From: a virus
IMG/VR virus record: IMGVR_UViG_2786546475_000019
Span: 974-64,973 of that record
Strand: one strand, 5' to 3'
DNA: 64,000 nucleotides
Shown in pieces: positions 46,999 through 55,581 of this stretch (position 1 is the stretch's first letter; each line of letters begins with the position of its first letter). Position numbers and translations under genes: made by a program. Below the pieces are notes generated by a model that was not told where the DNA came from, did no database searches, and saw only the letters and a program-made list of their open reading frames with translations.

Positions 46999-47606
46999 AA
47001 TGATAATGCCTTAATGATAAGGGACGCTCGGATAGTTTCTGCTTCAATTTGAGCTTTTTTAAGCTCTTTCTCGTAGGTTCGCTTGGTCCGGGACCCTAGC
47101 CCCTGTTCCAAGTCCCAATAACGAGGGGTTACGTACTCCATTACAGACGTGGCAAATTGGCTTTCAGCTTCACACTCTAAAGCAATTTGTGCTTGGTCGC
47201 CTTGAGCCGAGTAGCCTAAGTATAAAAAGTCTTCTTTAGCCGCCCGGAAAGCAGCGACTCGTATGCACATTTTCATCGCATTGATAATATGAGACTGTTC
47301 CATATCCTCAATGTTAATGCTTTTGCCTCCTTTCATAATCCAGGTCGGTTTACGTAAATACTTGGAAGCGTGAGCACTTTTCACTGTGGAGCGTACTCGA
47401 CTGTTCCAAATCTCTAAATACGTCTTTTGAAGGTAACCCGCTTTTCGAAGTTTTTCCTCAAGCTGGCGAAGCTTTTTATCAATGTGACGATGTTTTGTAG
47501 CTCGTCTGGAGTCATCACTATGTTCGTAAGTTACGTCAAAAGTGTTGAGTAACTCTTTGTACTCCTCTAAACTCATGATATCTCCTTTTGGTTGTACCTG
47601 GCCCAT
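46995..47606 (-). CDS. Hypothetical protein
   Basis: ORF of 203 aa. Confidence 0.35.
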   Translation of the reverse strand: MGQVQPKGDIMSLEEYKELLNTFDVTYEHSDDSRRATKHRHIDKKLRQLEEKLRKAGYLQKTYLEIWNSRVRSTVKSAHASKYLRKPTWIMKGGKSINIEDMEQSHIINAMKMCIRVAAFRAAKEDFLYLGYSAQGDQAQIALECEAESQFATSVMEYVTPRYWDLEQGLGSRTKRTYEKELKKAQIEAETIRASLIIKALSL

Positions 47607-47848
47607 ATTTTTTTCATTTTATCAACTGGAACATCTCCAATGAAAAGAAAACGAATGCTGAGAGATAATTGAATCATGTCCCACGAAACTTTCTCTCCAT
47701 CGTCGAACTCAATCATAGGCTCTAAAGACCCATGATCGTTAAGAAAAATACCGACATATGTGGCCCTCGTAACTTTATCAATGTCTCCATATTGATTGAA
47801 CCATGTGAACTTTTTATCACGTACCGCATCCACTTGGTGCGTGGCCAA
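47573..47848 (-). CDS. Hypothetical protein
   Basis: ORF of 91 aa. Confidence 0.3.
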   Translation of the reverse strand: MATHQVDAVRDKKFTWFNQYGDIDKVTRATYVGIFLNDHGSLEPMIEFDDGEKVSWDMIQLSLSIRFLFIGDVPVDKMKKIWARYNQKEIS

Positions 47849-47992
47849 GAACTCGACTTCGGGTACTGTTTTAAGGTTCTTGAAAGGTACACCTGCGTGA
47901 CAAAGGGCTTTCTTCCCGTCAACAATGATAAAATCTCCTGTAAATGGAAGGTTACGAAAAATCCGTGATTTCAGTTATTGCGTATTTTTTCA

Positions 47993-48277
47993 TTACGAGT
48001 CTCCTAAAAAGAATTTATGGCTTATTTTATCATCAAGAATGTTTTCGACTTCTTCCCAAGTTGTAATTCCTTGGTATCCTCGTCCGTCGTACTCAAGAAC
48101 AACGTCTCCAAAGGTTAAGTCCCACGTGAACTCAAGCACGGCCCACACTCCATCTGCGTACTGGCACAGAAAAGAGCCTTGTTGCAAAGGACATTTTCCA
48201 TCAAGGAAAGAAGCGGCTTGCTCTGTAAAATCGGAGTCTTGGTTTTTAACAAAGTCAAGTAATGTATCAAAGTTCAT
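47993..48277 (-). CDS. Hypothetical protein
   Basis: ORF of 94 aa. Confidence 0.3.
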   Translation of the reverse strand: MNFDTLLDFVKNQDSDFTEQAASFLDGKCPLQQGSFLCQYADGVWAVLEFTWDLTFGDVVLEYDGRGYQGITTWEEVENILDDKISHKFFLGDS

Positions 48278-48281
48278 TTTT

Positions 48282-48650
48282 TTATCCTTGTGGAAAATAA
48301 TGATTTAAAAAAGGTTCCAAGGCCCGGGCACAACGAGCACATGAGTGTTCCCAGTCCCCGTTATCACTTAACTCCCCGTGGCCTACTTGATACGTGCCGT
48401 TAGTATGGAGCGTCACTTGGCAACGTCCGCCACACTCAATACCGATACTCTTGTTGTGAGATTTGATAATCTCATCAGCGATCTCGTAACACGGAGCTTC
48501 AACAACAATGTACGTATCAGGGGCGTTGACCATTACTACTACTACTGCGTAAGATTTACGCCCCATTCCCCGCTCATTAACACCTAGCCGCCACTCCAGA
48601 GAGCAGGCTTTTTCTTGAAGAAAACGTAATCGTTTCAAAGCTCCATTCAT
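48282..48650 (-). CDS. Hypothetical protein
   Basis: ORF of 122 aa. Confidence 0.3.
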   Translation of the reverse strand: MNGALKRLRFLQEKACSLEWRLGVNERGMGRKSYAVVVVMVNAPDTYIVVEAPCYEIADEIIKSHNKSIGIECGGRCQVTLHTNGTYQVGHGELSDNGDWEHSCARCARALEPFLNHYFPQG

Positions 48651-48850
48651 ACCACGCTCCTTGTTGCTTTAGTTTCATCTCCAAGGCCCACGACAGGAAC
48701 TATCAATTCCCCGTTTGGGACAGGGACCGTGACTTCTTCTGGCAATTCAAACCAGTAGTTATAGTGTCGTCCACAAGGGAATTCCACTTTGATAGCTACC
48801 TTAGCTACTGAATCCCTTGTACTTTCTTTGATTCCTTCTTGGGTAATCAT
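48647..48850 (-). CDS. Hypothetical protein
   Basis: ORF of 67 aa. Confidence 0.3.
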   Translation of the reverse strand: MITQEGIKESTRDSVAKVAIKVEFPCGRHYNYWFELPEEVTVPVPNGELIVPVVGLGDETKATRSVV

Positions 48851-48910
48851 TGTTAAACTTTCTGTAAAGTGAGTATAGTCCGTAAATAAACACTAATAAG
48901 TAAAGCATCC

Positions 48911-48940
48911 TGCTCCCCTTTGCTCCCCTTTGCTCCCCTT
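48911..48940. repeat. tgctcccctt x3 tandem 10-bp repeat (minus strand aaggggagca x3), intergenic
   Basis: Seen directly. Confidence 0.85.
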
Positions 48941-48951
48941 TGCTTCATTCG

Positions 48952-49341
48952 CTAGTTAAGACCTGGAAATGTACCCATGATACTTCCAAAGTGTTCCAAA
49001 CCCCCTAGCCCCAAGTAGTACCGCTCCACATCGATATCTAATAAATGATAGTGTGCGTTGTACAGCTCTAAATAATCTAAATATCGTTTGATAATTTCAG
49101 CTTGTGTCTCTCCTTTACAAAGAGACTCACGACTTATTGCATATACGTAACGATATATTCCCTTATTCTTAGGGACTGGGTTCTCCCATAAATGTTGTTG
49201 CACGTAATCTACGCCTAGAAGCACTAGGCTGTCAACGTACGTGCAAGTATCAGCGTCCATCTTATGTCCAATGATACTGAGATGTAGCTTTAGGTCCATC
49301 TCCAAAGCCCATGGACCTACTTGCTTTTGCCATTCGGTCAT
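48952..49341 (-). CDS. Hypothetical protein
   Basis: ORF of 129 aa. Confidence 0.35.
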   Translation of the reverse strand: MTEWQKQVGPWALEMDLKLHLSIIGHKMDADTCTYVDSLVLLGVDYVQQHLWENPVPKNKGIYRYVYAISRESLCKGETQAEIIKRYLDYLELYNAHYHLLDIDVERYYLGLGGLEHFGSIMGTFPGLN

Positions 49342-49508
49342 TTGTCTCTCCGTACAGGTAGATGGTAATATTGGCCGTGTTCTTCAAACAAACATCTGAT
49401 AAAAATGTTCACTTTTGACATTTCTGTCCACGGCCCTTTAGAGGCCATCCAAATTACAAAAAGTCCGGCCCCCAATATTAAAGCCATTGATAAAGCTTTG
49501 TGTTTCAT
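49338..49508 (-). CDS. Small membrane protein (start refined to MKHKALSMALILG...)
   Basis: Conserved RBS gaaaggaatatcATG. The ORF-track start at 49550 lies inside the upstream element. Confidence 0.35.
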   Translation of the reverse strand: MKHKALSMALILGAGLFVIWMASKGPWTEMSKVNIFIRCLFEEHGQYYHLPVRRDK

Positions 49509-49520
49509 GATATTCCTTTC

Positions 49521-49578
49521 TAAACAAGTAAACAACGGTCCACGCTCCATGATACTTGGAGCGTGGTACGTTGGCTAC
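49521..49578 (-). promoter_or_regulatory. Conserved palindromic element copy A: GTAGCCAACGTACC-hairpin-GGACCGTTGTTTAC (minus-strand sense), immediately 5' of the RBS
   Basis: Four copies share conserved 14-bp arms with variable, self-complementary inner stems. Confidence 0.6.
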
Positions 49579-49586
49579 TCTTACCG

Positions 49587-50147
49587 TTAGGTAGACTCAA
49601 ACGTTACGATATCCGGGTCTTGTAGCCCTCCGCCTAAGTCGGAAGCTTTCAACTCAAATTCGTAATTAACTCCACGGAACCCCGTGAAGTTATCACCGAC
49701 CCAGCCGTCGAAAGTGAACTCAACCCGCACCGTGACAGTAGGAGCGGGAATAGCTACTTCCTCAATGAATACGTCGGTCCAGCCTTGACCGCCAGAACCT
49801 CCATTAAGCGGGTTAGTGTTGTTTCCCCAATTCATAGGAAATTTTATAGTTTCCGTCACGCTCACGGGACCATTTGGGCCTTCTACCACGACAGTGTGGT
49901 CAACCATTTGATAAGTTCTCACGTGAACTGCAAGCCACTCCAAACGATTGTCAACCCACCAAGTTGCAGTTAAGTTAACTTTTGTAACGTCCCCGGCTGA
50001 GACTTCCGTGACTCCCATTGAGGCGGAGCTGTAGTAGTCTCCGGAAGTGCCGTGCACCGGGTTGTTGCCGCCTCCGCCTACTTGACCGTAAGCAGTTGTT
50101 GCTACGAGCAACAGAATAGTAAACAACACAAGTGATAAAATACGCAT
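49587..50147 (-). CDS. Secreted protein (signal peptide MRILSLVLFTILLLVATTAYGQ)
   Basis: ORF of 186 aa. Confidence 0.45.
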   Translation of the reverse strand: MRILSLVLFTILLLVATTAYGQVGGGGNNPVHGTSGDYYSSASMGVTEVSAGDVTKVNLTATWWVDNRLEWLAVHVRTYQMVDHTVVVEGPNGPVSVTETIKFPMNWGNNTNPLNGGSGGQGWTDVFIEEVAIPAPTVTVRVEFTFDGWVGDNFTGFRGVNYEFELKASDLGGGLQDPDIVTFEST

Positions 50148-50176
50148 AGTCTCTCCTTAAAAGAGTAAAGATTTGT

Positions 50177-50188
50177 GGTCCGTGGACC
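50177..50188. promoter_or_regulatory. GGTCCGTGGACC 12-mer (second exact copy), intergenic
   Basis: Exact match to 2566-2577. Confidence 0.5.
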
Positions 50189-50189
50189 A

Positions 50190-51014
50190 TCATTTAGTAG
50201 GACGACACAATGCTCGTGTCTTCCAGTAGTTGAAGCTACGTTCCAACTCTTTGACGAACGCTTCCGCATCCATCTGAGTATCAGTGCCGCCGTCGCTGCC
50301 GAAGTGGTTGTGCAGCAACGTTTCAGGTTTCATCGGAGCATTCAGGTCTTCTAAGTCCACCCCAGCGTTGACTGAGATGATATTCCACCGCCCGTAGGCT
50401 TGTTCTCCGCTCTCATAGAGCACGTCTCGATGATAAAGGACGACTTCGACGTGGCAGGCGGCGGCCTTATTTACGCCGTCCAAGTATTCATGCCGACGTG
50501 GCGACTCGCCGTCACGTCGTGGCTTATACTCCACGATCAAAGTATCATTGTTCCGAAGCTTACGAATAGGGCAATAAACCCCGTTCGCGTCAATCGGAAC
50601 GATGATAACTCCGTCTCTATAGCCGGGACGCTGCTCGTGAAATCGGGCTTGTACCTGTTCAACGAGCACTTCGTCTGAGAACTTCCAGTGGGAGAACTCA
50701 CTATTGGCTGTCTGCCGACTAACGAAGTCGTGGACCGCTACGTCTGGAGCTGGGTTGCTCCAGTTCTGTTGCGTAACCTGCAACACGGTGGGTTCTCCAT
50801 TAGGGTGGATCGCCGCTTTGTCCCTTGGCTCGTAGTCATAAATGAAGGTATCTCCGTCCGAGGATTGAAGGGCATTACGCCCCGATCCATCTTCTTCTGC
50901 GTCGCCGTAGGGGACGTAGCCGTTTTTAAGAAGTATGATAAATTCGTCGTTACTTAACATTTGTTGGTTGTCAGTTTTCATCTCGCTCTCCTGTTTATTT
51001 AACAAGCTTTCCAT
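50190..51014 (-). CDS. Hypothetical protein
   Basis: ORF of 274 aa. Confidence 0.4.
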   Translation of the reverse strand: MESLLNKQESEMKTDNQQMLSNDEFIILLKNGYVPYGDAEEDGSGRNALQSSDGDTFIYDYEPRDKAAIHPNGEPTVLQVTQQNWSNPAPDVAVHDFVSRQTANSEFSHWKFSDEVLVEQVQARFHEQRPGYRDGVIIVPIDANGVYCPIRKLRNNDTLIVEYKPRRDGESPRRHEYLDGVNKAAACHVEVVLYHRDVLYESGEQAYGRWNIISVNAGVDLEDLNAPMKPETLLHNHFGSDGGTDTQMDAEAFVKELERSFNYWKTRALCRPTK

Positions 51015-51283
51015 TCAGCAATAAGTTTAGCAGCTTCGGGTGAGACTTTCACCCACTGTTTCACTGAAATGTCCTCATGGGTTTCAACAGCTGCCGTGAT
51101 ACGTGTGTTGGTCTTCGGACCATTAGCCGCTAAGCCAAAGAGTCCACCGCACTCAGAACTCCAGTAAAGGACCATTCGAGCGTTTCGCAATTTGATAGGC
51201 TTTCCAGCTTCGGGGTCTTTGTCCGCCATACCGATTATAACGGCTCGTCCGTTTTCCCCGCAACAAACTAGATACATCGACAT
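50999..51283 (-). CDS. Hypothetical protein
   Basis: ORF of 94 aa. Confidence 0.35.
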   Translation of the reverse strand: MSMYLVCCGENGRAVIIGMADKDPEAGKPIKLRNARMVLYWSSECGGLFGLAANGPKTNTRITAAVETHEDISVKQWVKVSPEAAKLIAEWKAC

Positions 51284-51284
51284 T

Positions 51285-51629
51285 TCAGTCTCCTCTTATC
51301 AATTGATAAATTTCTTTGTAAGTATGTACTGGCATATTATACTTGTCCGCTATATCCTGCCAGTTCTCTTCCCACCAGCTAAAAGAATGACACTGACCCC
51401 CAACTTTCAACACTCCAAAGTCTTGGTTGACTTCTACTTTGCGGCCGTGTAAAATTCCGAGTGTTATCAGTTTGCCGTAGCCGTAGCCGTAGCCGTAGCC
51501 GTAGCCGTCGCCGTCGCCGTAGCCGTCGCCGTAGCCGTAGCCGTAGCCGTAGCCGTCGCCGTAGCCGTAGCCGGTCCCGTAGCCGGTCCCGTAGCCGGTC
51601 CCGTAGCCGTCGCCGTGGTTACTTAACAT
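51285..51629 (-). CDS. Gly-Tyr repeat protein: N-terminal (GYG/DGYG)n low-complexity region (~50 aa) plus a ~60-aa C-terminal domain
   Basis: RBS taaggaactatcaATG. Encoded by a (GCCGTA/GCCGTC)n hexanucleotide array at ~51470-51610. Confidence 0.45.
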   Translation of the reverse strand: MLSNHGDGYGTGYGTGYGTGYGYGDGYGYGYGYGDGYGDGDGYGYGYGYGYGKLITLGILHGRKVEVNQDFGVLKVGGQCHSFSWWEENWQDIADKYNMPVHTYKEIYQLIRGD

Positions 51630-51726
51630 TTGATAGTTCCTTATAAATGATCAACTTTGGTCTTTGCTTCACGCGGACCGATGTACGGTTCCAACGTAAA
51701 TAAGTCATTGATATTTTCACATAGTT

Positions 51727-51933
51727 TCATCTTGCTCTCCTGTTTGCTCGCTTAGCGAGTCGTTGAGTTTCAGGATCGTCCGGAAGTATCACTAGCGATC
51801 CTGCGGTCTTATGGCCGTACACCATGTACCCTGTAGCACGCTCCGTGGTGCTACAGGTTGCACACGTCATTGTGTGCGGAAGTACCTCTAAGCGTTCACT
51901 ATCAATTTGTGTTTTGCAGTTTATGCAGTTCAC
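51727..51933 (-). CDS. TraR/DksA-like C4 zinc-finger protein
   Basis: CINC...15 aa...CATC in a 68-aa protein, typical of the phage TraR-like family. Confidence 0.4.
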   Translation of the reverse strand: MNCINCKTQIDSERLEVLPHTMTCATCSTTERATGYMVYGHKTAGSLVILPDDPETQRLAKRANRRAR

Positions 51934-52178
51934 TCTTGCTCCTTCCAGAACTTGATATTTTTGACAACCCCTTCGGCGAGGTCAGCGATAGAATCTATCA
52001 CTTCTCGCTCACAACCGGGAATGGTGTAGAAGTAATTAAACTCCCCACCCTCGGTGAAGGTAACAAGTTGCGTGAAGCGACCCTTGTTTATCTTGGACAA
52101 GTGCCAGTAGACTTCGCGAACGCCTTCGTTAAGAAAAATGTAACAGGGAGTTTCGCCAATGACTTTAGTTTCGTACAT
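51930..52178 (-). CDS. Hypothetical protein (start refined to MYETKVIGE...)
   Basis: The internal ATG is preceded by the conserved tgaaaggattatcATG start context. Confidence 0.35.
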   Translation of the reverse strand: MYETKVIGETPCYIFLNEGVREVYWHLSKINKGRFTQLVTFTEGGEFNYFYTIPGCEREVIDSIADLAEGVVKNIKFWKEQE

Positions 52179-52188
52179 GATAATCCTT

Positions 52189-52518
52189 TCAGATTGAGTA
52201 AGTGCGAGATTGAAGTGCTTGTTTCGGTTCACGGCCCTTGTACTTAGTTCCAGGCTGCTCGAACCACGTTCCACGTGAGATGTGAATATCCAAGTCAAGA
52301 TATTCATACTTCGGGACGTTATAATAGTCTGCTAAGTCGTAAACGTCCAGATTATCAAGATCTGGAATTGGTCGCAACGTAATATGCGACAGTACGTAAG
52401 CCGCCACATTACGTTGCTTACGCTTGAGCGTTGGGTTAGCCGCTTGGACCGTGGCCCACAGCCGCTCAAAAGACTCTAGAGTTGGACACAACTCAATGAT
52501 AGATACTCTCTTAGACAT
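52189..52518 (-). CDS. Hypothetical protein (start refined to MSKRVSIIEL...)
   Basis: Avoids the 185-bp overlap with the upstream gene. gggag RBS. Confidence 0.3.
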   Translation of the reverse strand: MSKRVSIIELCPTLESFERLWATVQAANPTLKRKQRNVAAYVLSHITLRPIPDLDNLDVYDLADYYNVPKYEYLDLDIHISRGTWFEQPGTKYKGREPKQALQSRTYSI

Positions 52519-53062
52519 TGGCCACGGCTCCCATCTTAAGAACCTTGGCACACATTGCCAACAATTTGGCGTGGTGTCGGGGAGCTTCAACATGGTTCTC
52601 GAACCATGAATCATCCGCCCCACATGGTAGCTTGACTCCCCCGGCTCGGAAGTATTGATAATTGTGCCGTGCGACACGGGCATTGTCCCGTGCATTGAGC
52701 AAGCACTCCCGTCTCGTGGCCCGTGGCGGACGAAGATGGTCGAATTTCATCAAAAGAACGCTATCAATGGAAGATTTCCCGCATCCTGCGTCTCGCAGCG
52801 TGCGAATATCATCCGCTGCGGCTTTGCGAGCGGTTCGAACCCACTCAATATGGGCCAGAGCTTCCCGATAAAGGTCGATCTGTTCGCTGATCCAGTAGCC
52901 AAGGGTGGCCTCAAAATCATGGAGAGTTACTTGATAGTCCAGAGTTCCGACCCAACGTAGCGGGGTGCCTGGAATGTAAGCTTTGTAGTCGTGGCCGGAA
53001 GCCTCGACCTCGACAGGCAAATCGTTGACGTAGAACATTCCAAGAGGTTGCATAGCTTTCAT
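52511..53062 (-). CDS. Hypothetical protein (start refined to MKAMQPL...)
   Basis: Conserved start context. The ORF-track extension to 53152 runs through element copy B. Confidence 0.4.
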   Translation of the reverse strand: MKAMQPLGMFYVNDLPVEVEASGHDYKAYIPGTPLRWVGTLDYQVTLHDFEATLGYWISEQIDLYREALAHIEWVRTARKAAADDIRTLRDAGCGKSSIDSVLLMKFDHLRPPRATRRECLLNARDNARVARHNYQYFRAGGVKLPCGADDSWFENHVEAPRHHAKLLAMCAKVLKMGAVANV

Positions 53063-53087
53063 GATAATCCTTTCAAGTGAGAAAAAA

Positions 53088-53134
53088 GTAAACAACGGTC
53101 CCTGCACCTCACGAGTGCATGGTACGTTGGCTAC
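53088..53134 (-). promoter_or_regulatory. Conserved palindromic element copy B
   Basis: gtaaacaacggtcc ... ggtacgttggctac on the + strand. Confidence 0.6.
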
Positions 53135-53144
53135 TGGCTTGCTA

Positions 53145-53570
53145 CTAAACAATTGCCCTCTGATTCAGTTCAGGAACAACAGTGTGAGCTATCAATATCC
53201 CAAGCTTGACGCCCCAGTTGACGAGTCTTTGATAAGCTTCGTCCAGCTCCGCCAACGTCTTATATTTAAGGGTCAGCCCGCTGATTAGCAAAGGCTCACC
53301 GTCGCGAGTCGCTCGCAACACGCATTTCCCGTCCCCGGTTGTGATAGAAAAGCTGCATTTATCAGCTAGTCGTAGCTGCGGTATGCCAACCATGTTCAAT
53401 TTTCGTCGAACGTATTGGCGAGCCGCCTGGGAGTCCGTAGCATACGTGACCTTGAGGTGCTCAATAATTTGTTGAGTGTCGGACGTGCCATACAGCTCCT
53501 GAAGTCGCTGATCGGTCTCAAACATCAGAAGTTGCTCGATGAAATTCCAAGTCGTGTGATTGTTAATCAT
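53145..53570 (-). CDS. Hypothetical protein
   Basis: ORF of 141 aa with the conserved start context. Confidence 0.4.
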   Translation of the reverse strand: MINNHTTWNFIEQLLMFETDQRLQELYGTSDTQQIIEHLKVTYATDSQAARQYVRRKLNMVGIPQLRLADKCSFSITTGDGKCVLRATRDGEPLLISGLTLKYKTLAELDEAYQRLVNWGVKLGILIAHTVVPELNQRAIV

Positions 53571-53591
53571 GATAATCCTTTCAAGAAATTA

Positions 53592-53638
53592 GTAAACAAC
53601 GGTCCATGCACCTCATGGGTGCACGGTACGTCAGCTAC
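53592..53638 (-). promoter_or_regulatory. Conserved palindromic element copy C
   Basis: gtaaacaacggtcc ... ggtacgtcagctac. Confidence 0.6.
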
Positions 53639-53645
53639 CAACTAC

Positions 53646-54014
53646 TTATACTTCAGTCCGCCACTTAAGCCAGAATTCCAACATAGCGTTAAAGTTGTGG
53701 TAAGTCCCGTCGTCTTCGACGTTATGATAATCTTCAAGGTCCAACGGGGCGAACTCCTCAAGTGTCTCACGCAACGGTCTGACGGTGTGTGAACCATTCG
53801 TTGAGTAAGAATATGAAACTTCCGTTAACGCCTCACATCGCACAATAAAGGTTTCGAAAGTTTTCTCAAGCCGAGATTGGAGCCTGCGATCTTTGATTTC
53901 TCGAACTATCAGTACCGGGGTTCCTGGTCCTTTGACCAATAACCCTTTCTTGATTTCGATTCGGTTCTCTTTGACTTCTCGACAGATTTTGAACAACATA
54001 GACTTAGCTTTCAT
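53646..54014 (-). CDS. Hypothetical protein
   Basis: ORF of 122 aa with the conserved start context. Confidence 0.4.
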   Translation of the reverse strand: MKAKSMLFKICREVKENRIEIKKGLLVKGPGTPVLIVREIKDRRLQSRLEKTFETFIVRCEALTEVSYSYSTNGSHTVRPLRETLEEFAPLDLEDYHNVEDDGTYHNFNAMLEFWLKWRTEV

Positions 54015-54038
54015 GATAATCCTTTCAAGTGAGAAACA

Positions 54039-54086
54039 GTAAACAACGGTCCGGGCTACCCGTGGGCAGCACGGTACGTTGGCTAT
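54039..54086 (-). promoter_or_regulatory. Conserved palindromic element copy D
   Basis: gtaaacaacggtcc ... ggtacgttggctat. Confidence 0.6.
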
Positions 54087-54142
54087 TGATAGACCTAGGC
54101 CCGAAGGCCCAGGATTAAATCCAGATTGTCAAAGATCAAAAT

Positions 54143-54285
54143 TATCATTTGTGTCCCGCCACTGGCGGAAATGATATGATAGCTTACAGACCTACGGTCA
54201 ATCTATTCTATACTTAATATCGGCAATTGGGAAGTAAGAAAATAGATTATTTTTGAAAATAATCAAAACTTTATCATATCATTTT
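54143..54285. promoter_or_regulatory. Operator-like region. It has the palindrome TATCATTT-gtgtcccgccactggcgg-AAATGATA. It also has the inverted pair AAATGATATGATA (54169-81) and TATCATATCATTT (54273-85)
   Basis: Seen directly. The same architecture recurs at 59145-59359. Confidence 0.55.
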
Positions 54286-54627
54286 TTACACTGTTTCCTT
54301 CTCAATGATAATCCCATTGATTTCGAATTGGTTCGTGACCATATGCCAATGCATATCATTATACAGGAACCGATAGCAAGTTCTCCGATACCTGAACTCG
54401 TGACTAGGCCCATGGGCCGTGTACTCGGGTGTAGGCCATTTATCAATGTACCCTGTTAGAGACACGGACCTTTCATCTGGAAAAAAGAATTCAGGCTCTT
54501 GGACCTTGATCAATTCATCGTTGGACAAGTTACGGAGCCAAAGCCTATCTTCATCAAGATGATAATTTGCCTGCCACTCAAACCAAGCTTCAAACTCAGT
54601 CATGAAACAGTATGGGTTTCTGTTCAT
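54286..54627 (-). CDS. Hypothetical protein (start refined to MNRNPYCF...)
   Basis: gggagttaacATG RBS. Avoids the 175-bp overlap with the Dam gene. Confidence 0.35.
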   Translation of the reverse strand: MNRNPYCFMTEFEAWFEWQANYHLDEDRLWLRNLSNDELIKVQEPEFFFPDERSVSLTGYIDKWPTPEYTAHGPSHEFRYRRTCYRFLYNDMHWHMVTNQFEINGIIIEKETV

Positions 54628-54628
54628 G

Positions 54629-55396
54629 TTAACTCCCAAGAATATAAAGTGCTTCAACCACGGAAGATCGAATCTCGCCAGCAGATTGATAGATTCGATA
54701 CTCGTACTTTTCAGTCCATTCCTGAGCTTCCAAGTATGTGTTCTTGTAGTGATTGATAACAACAGTGCCTTGTCGGTCCTTGGCCCACGAAACAATTTCC
54801 TCAAGCGAGATCAGATCGAACCCTTGTGTCTCATCGTAAGGCGGGTCCAAGTAGAATAACGCATCGACACTATCATATGAAGCTAGCTTCTTCCAGTCCC
54901 AATTCTCGATTTGCCACTTGCTAATACGAGCACGAAGCAGGGGCCAGATTCTCATTTTACTGGCTACATTCGGCTGCTTCTGTGAGAAGTTGCGAGCGTA
55001 GTTAAGCCTCCGCCCCAAGTAAGACATAACCGCTGTCACGTACCACTTTGCTGCACGCTTCACGGGGTTACTTGATAGCTGCCAAGTCTTTTTGCAATGC
55101 AACCATTCTTCTTCGGAAGAAGGATGATACTTTTTAAGTTCTTCGACAAGCTCCTCGTAGTGGTTACGGAACGCTCGATAGAAGTCAATGATCCCGGAGT
55201 CTTTATCATTAAACACCATGTACGGGAACTGAGCCACGTTCAATGATACCATTCCTGTCCCGCCAAACACGTCAATAAATTTCTTGTGCGTGTCTCGCAT
55301 GTGGTTCAGAATAGGAAGAATATGTTGCAAGGCCCGTGCCTTAGACCCTATCATTCGAAACGGAGCTTCACGTTTCTTGAAGTCTTTATCAGTCAT
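54629..55396 (-). CDS. DNA N6-adenine methyltransferase, Dam family
   Basis: DVFGGTGMVSLNV (motif I, FxGxG) and YLDPPY (motif IV DPPY). Confidence 0.7.
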   Translation of the reverse strand: MTDKDFKKREAPFRMIGSKARALQHILPILNHMRDTHKKFIDVFGGTGMVSLNVAQFPYMVFNDKDSGIIDFYRAFRNHYEELVEELKKYHPSSEEEWLHCKKTWQLSSNPVKRAAKWYVTAVMSYLGRRLNYARNFSQKQPNVASKMRIWPLLRARISKWQIENWDWKKLASYDSVDALFYLDPPYDETQGFDLISLEEIVSWAKDRQGTVVINHYKNTYLEAQEWTEKYEYRIYQSAGEIRSSVVEALYILGS

Positions 55397-55581
55397 CCTA
55401 GTATCTCCAAGAGAACATTTAATTGGTCAGCACACGTCCGATACCCTTGTCGCTCGGCTTCGCGACGGTTTTCAAACTCCTGACCTTCTGGAGACCCATC
55501 AACTATTTCAGGTCGAGCCCCTTTCTCTCGCCACTTCTCAATCAACGCTTCTAAAACTTCTCGCTTGATACTTTTAGTCAT
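55393..55581 (-). CDS. Small hypothetical protein (ATG start at 55581 with a gggagg RBS; the ORF track uses GTG at 55641)
   Basis: RBS spacing. Confidence 0.3.
   Translation of the reverse strand: MTKSIKREVLEALIEKWREKGARPEIVDGSPEGQEFENRREAERQGYRTCADQLNVLLEILG

Noticed and set aside
51461-51646. Plus-strand ORF encoding an (SR)n / R-rich peptide
   Set aside because: It is the antisense reading of the hexanucleotide array of the GY-repeat gene, with no RBS. It is an artefact of the repeat.
52511-53152. Longer N-terminal extensions of ORFs 52511..53152, 49338..49550, 54286..54804, 52189..52695 and 51930..52307
   Set aside because: The extensions read through the conserved palindromic element or overlap upstream genes by more than 100 bp. 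Internal ATGs carry the conserved RBS context instead.
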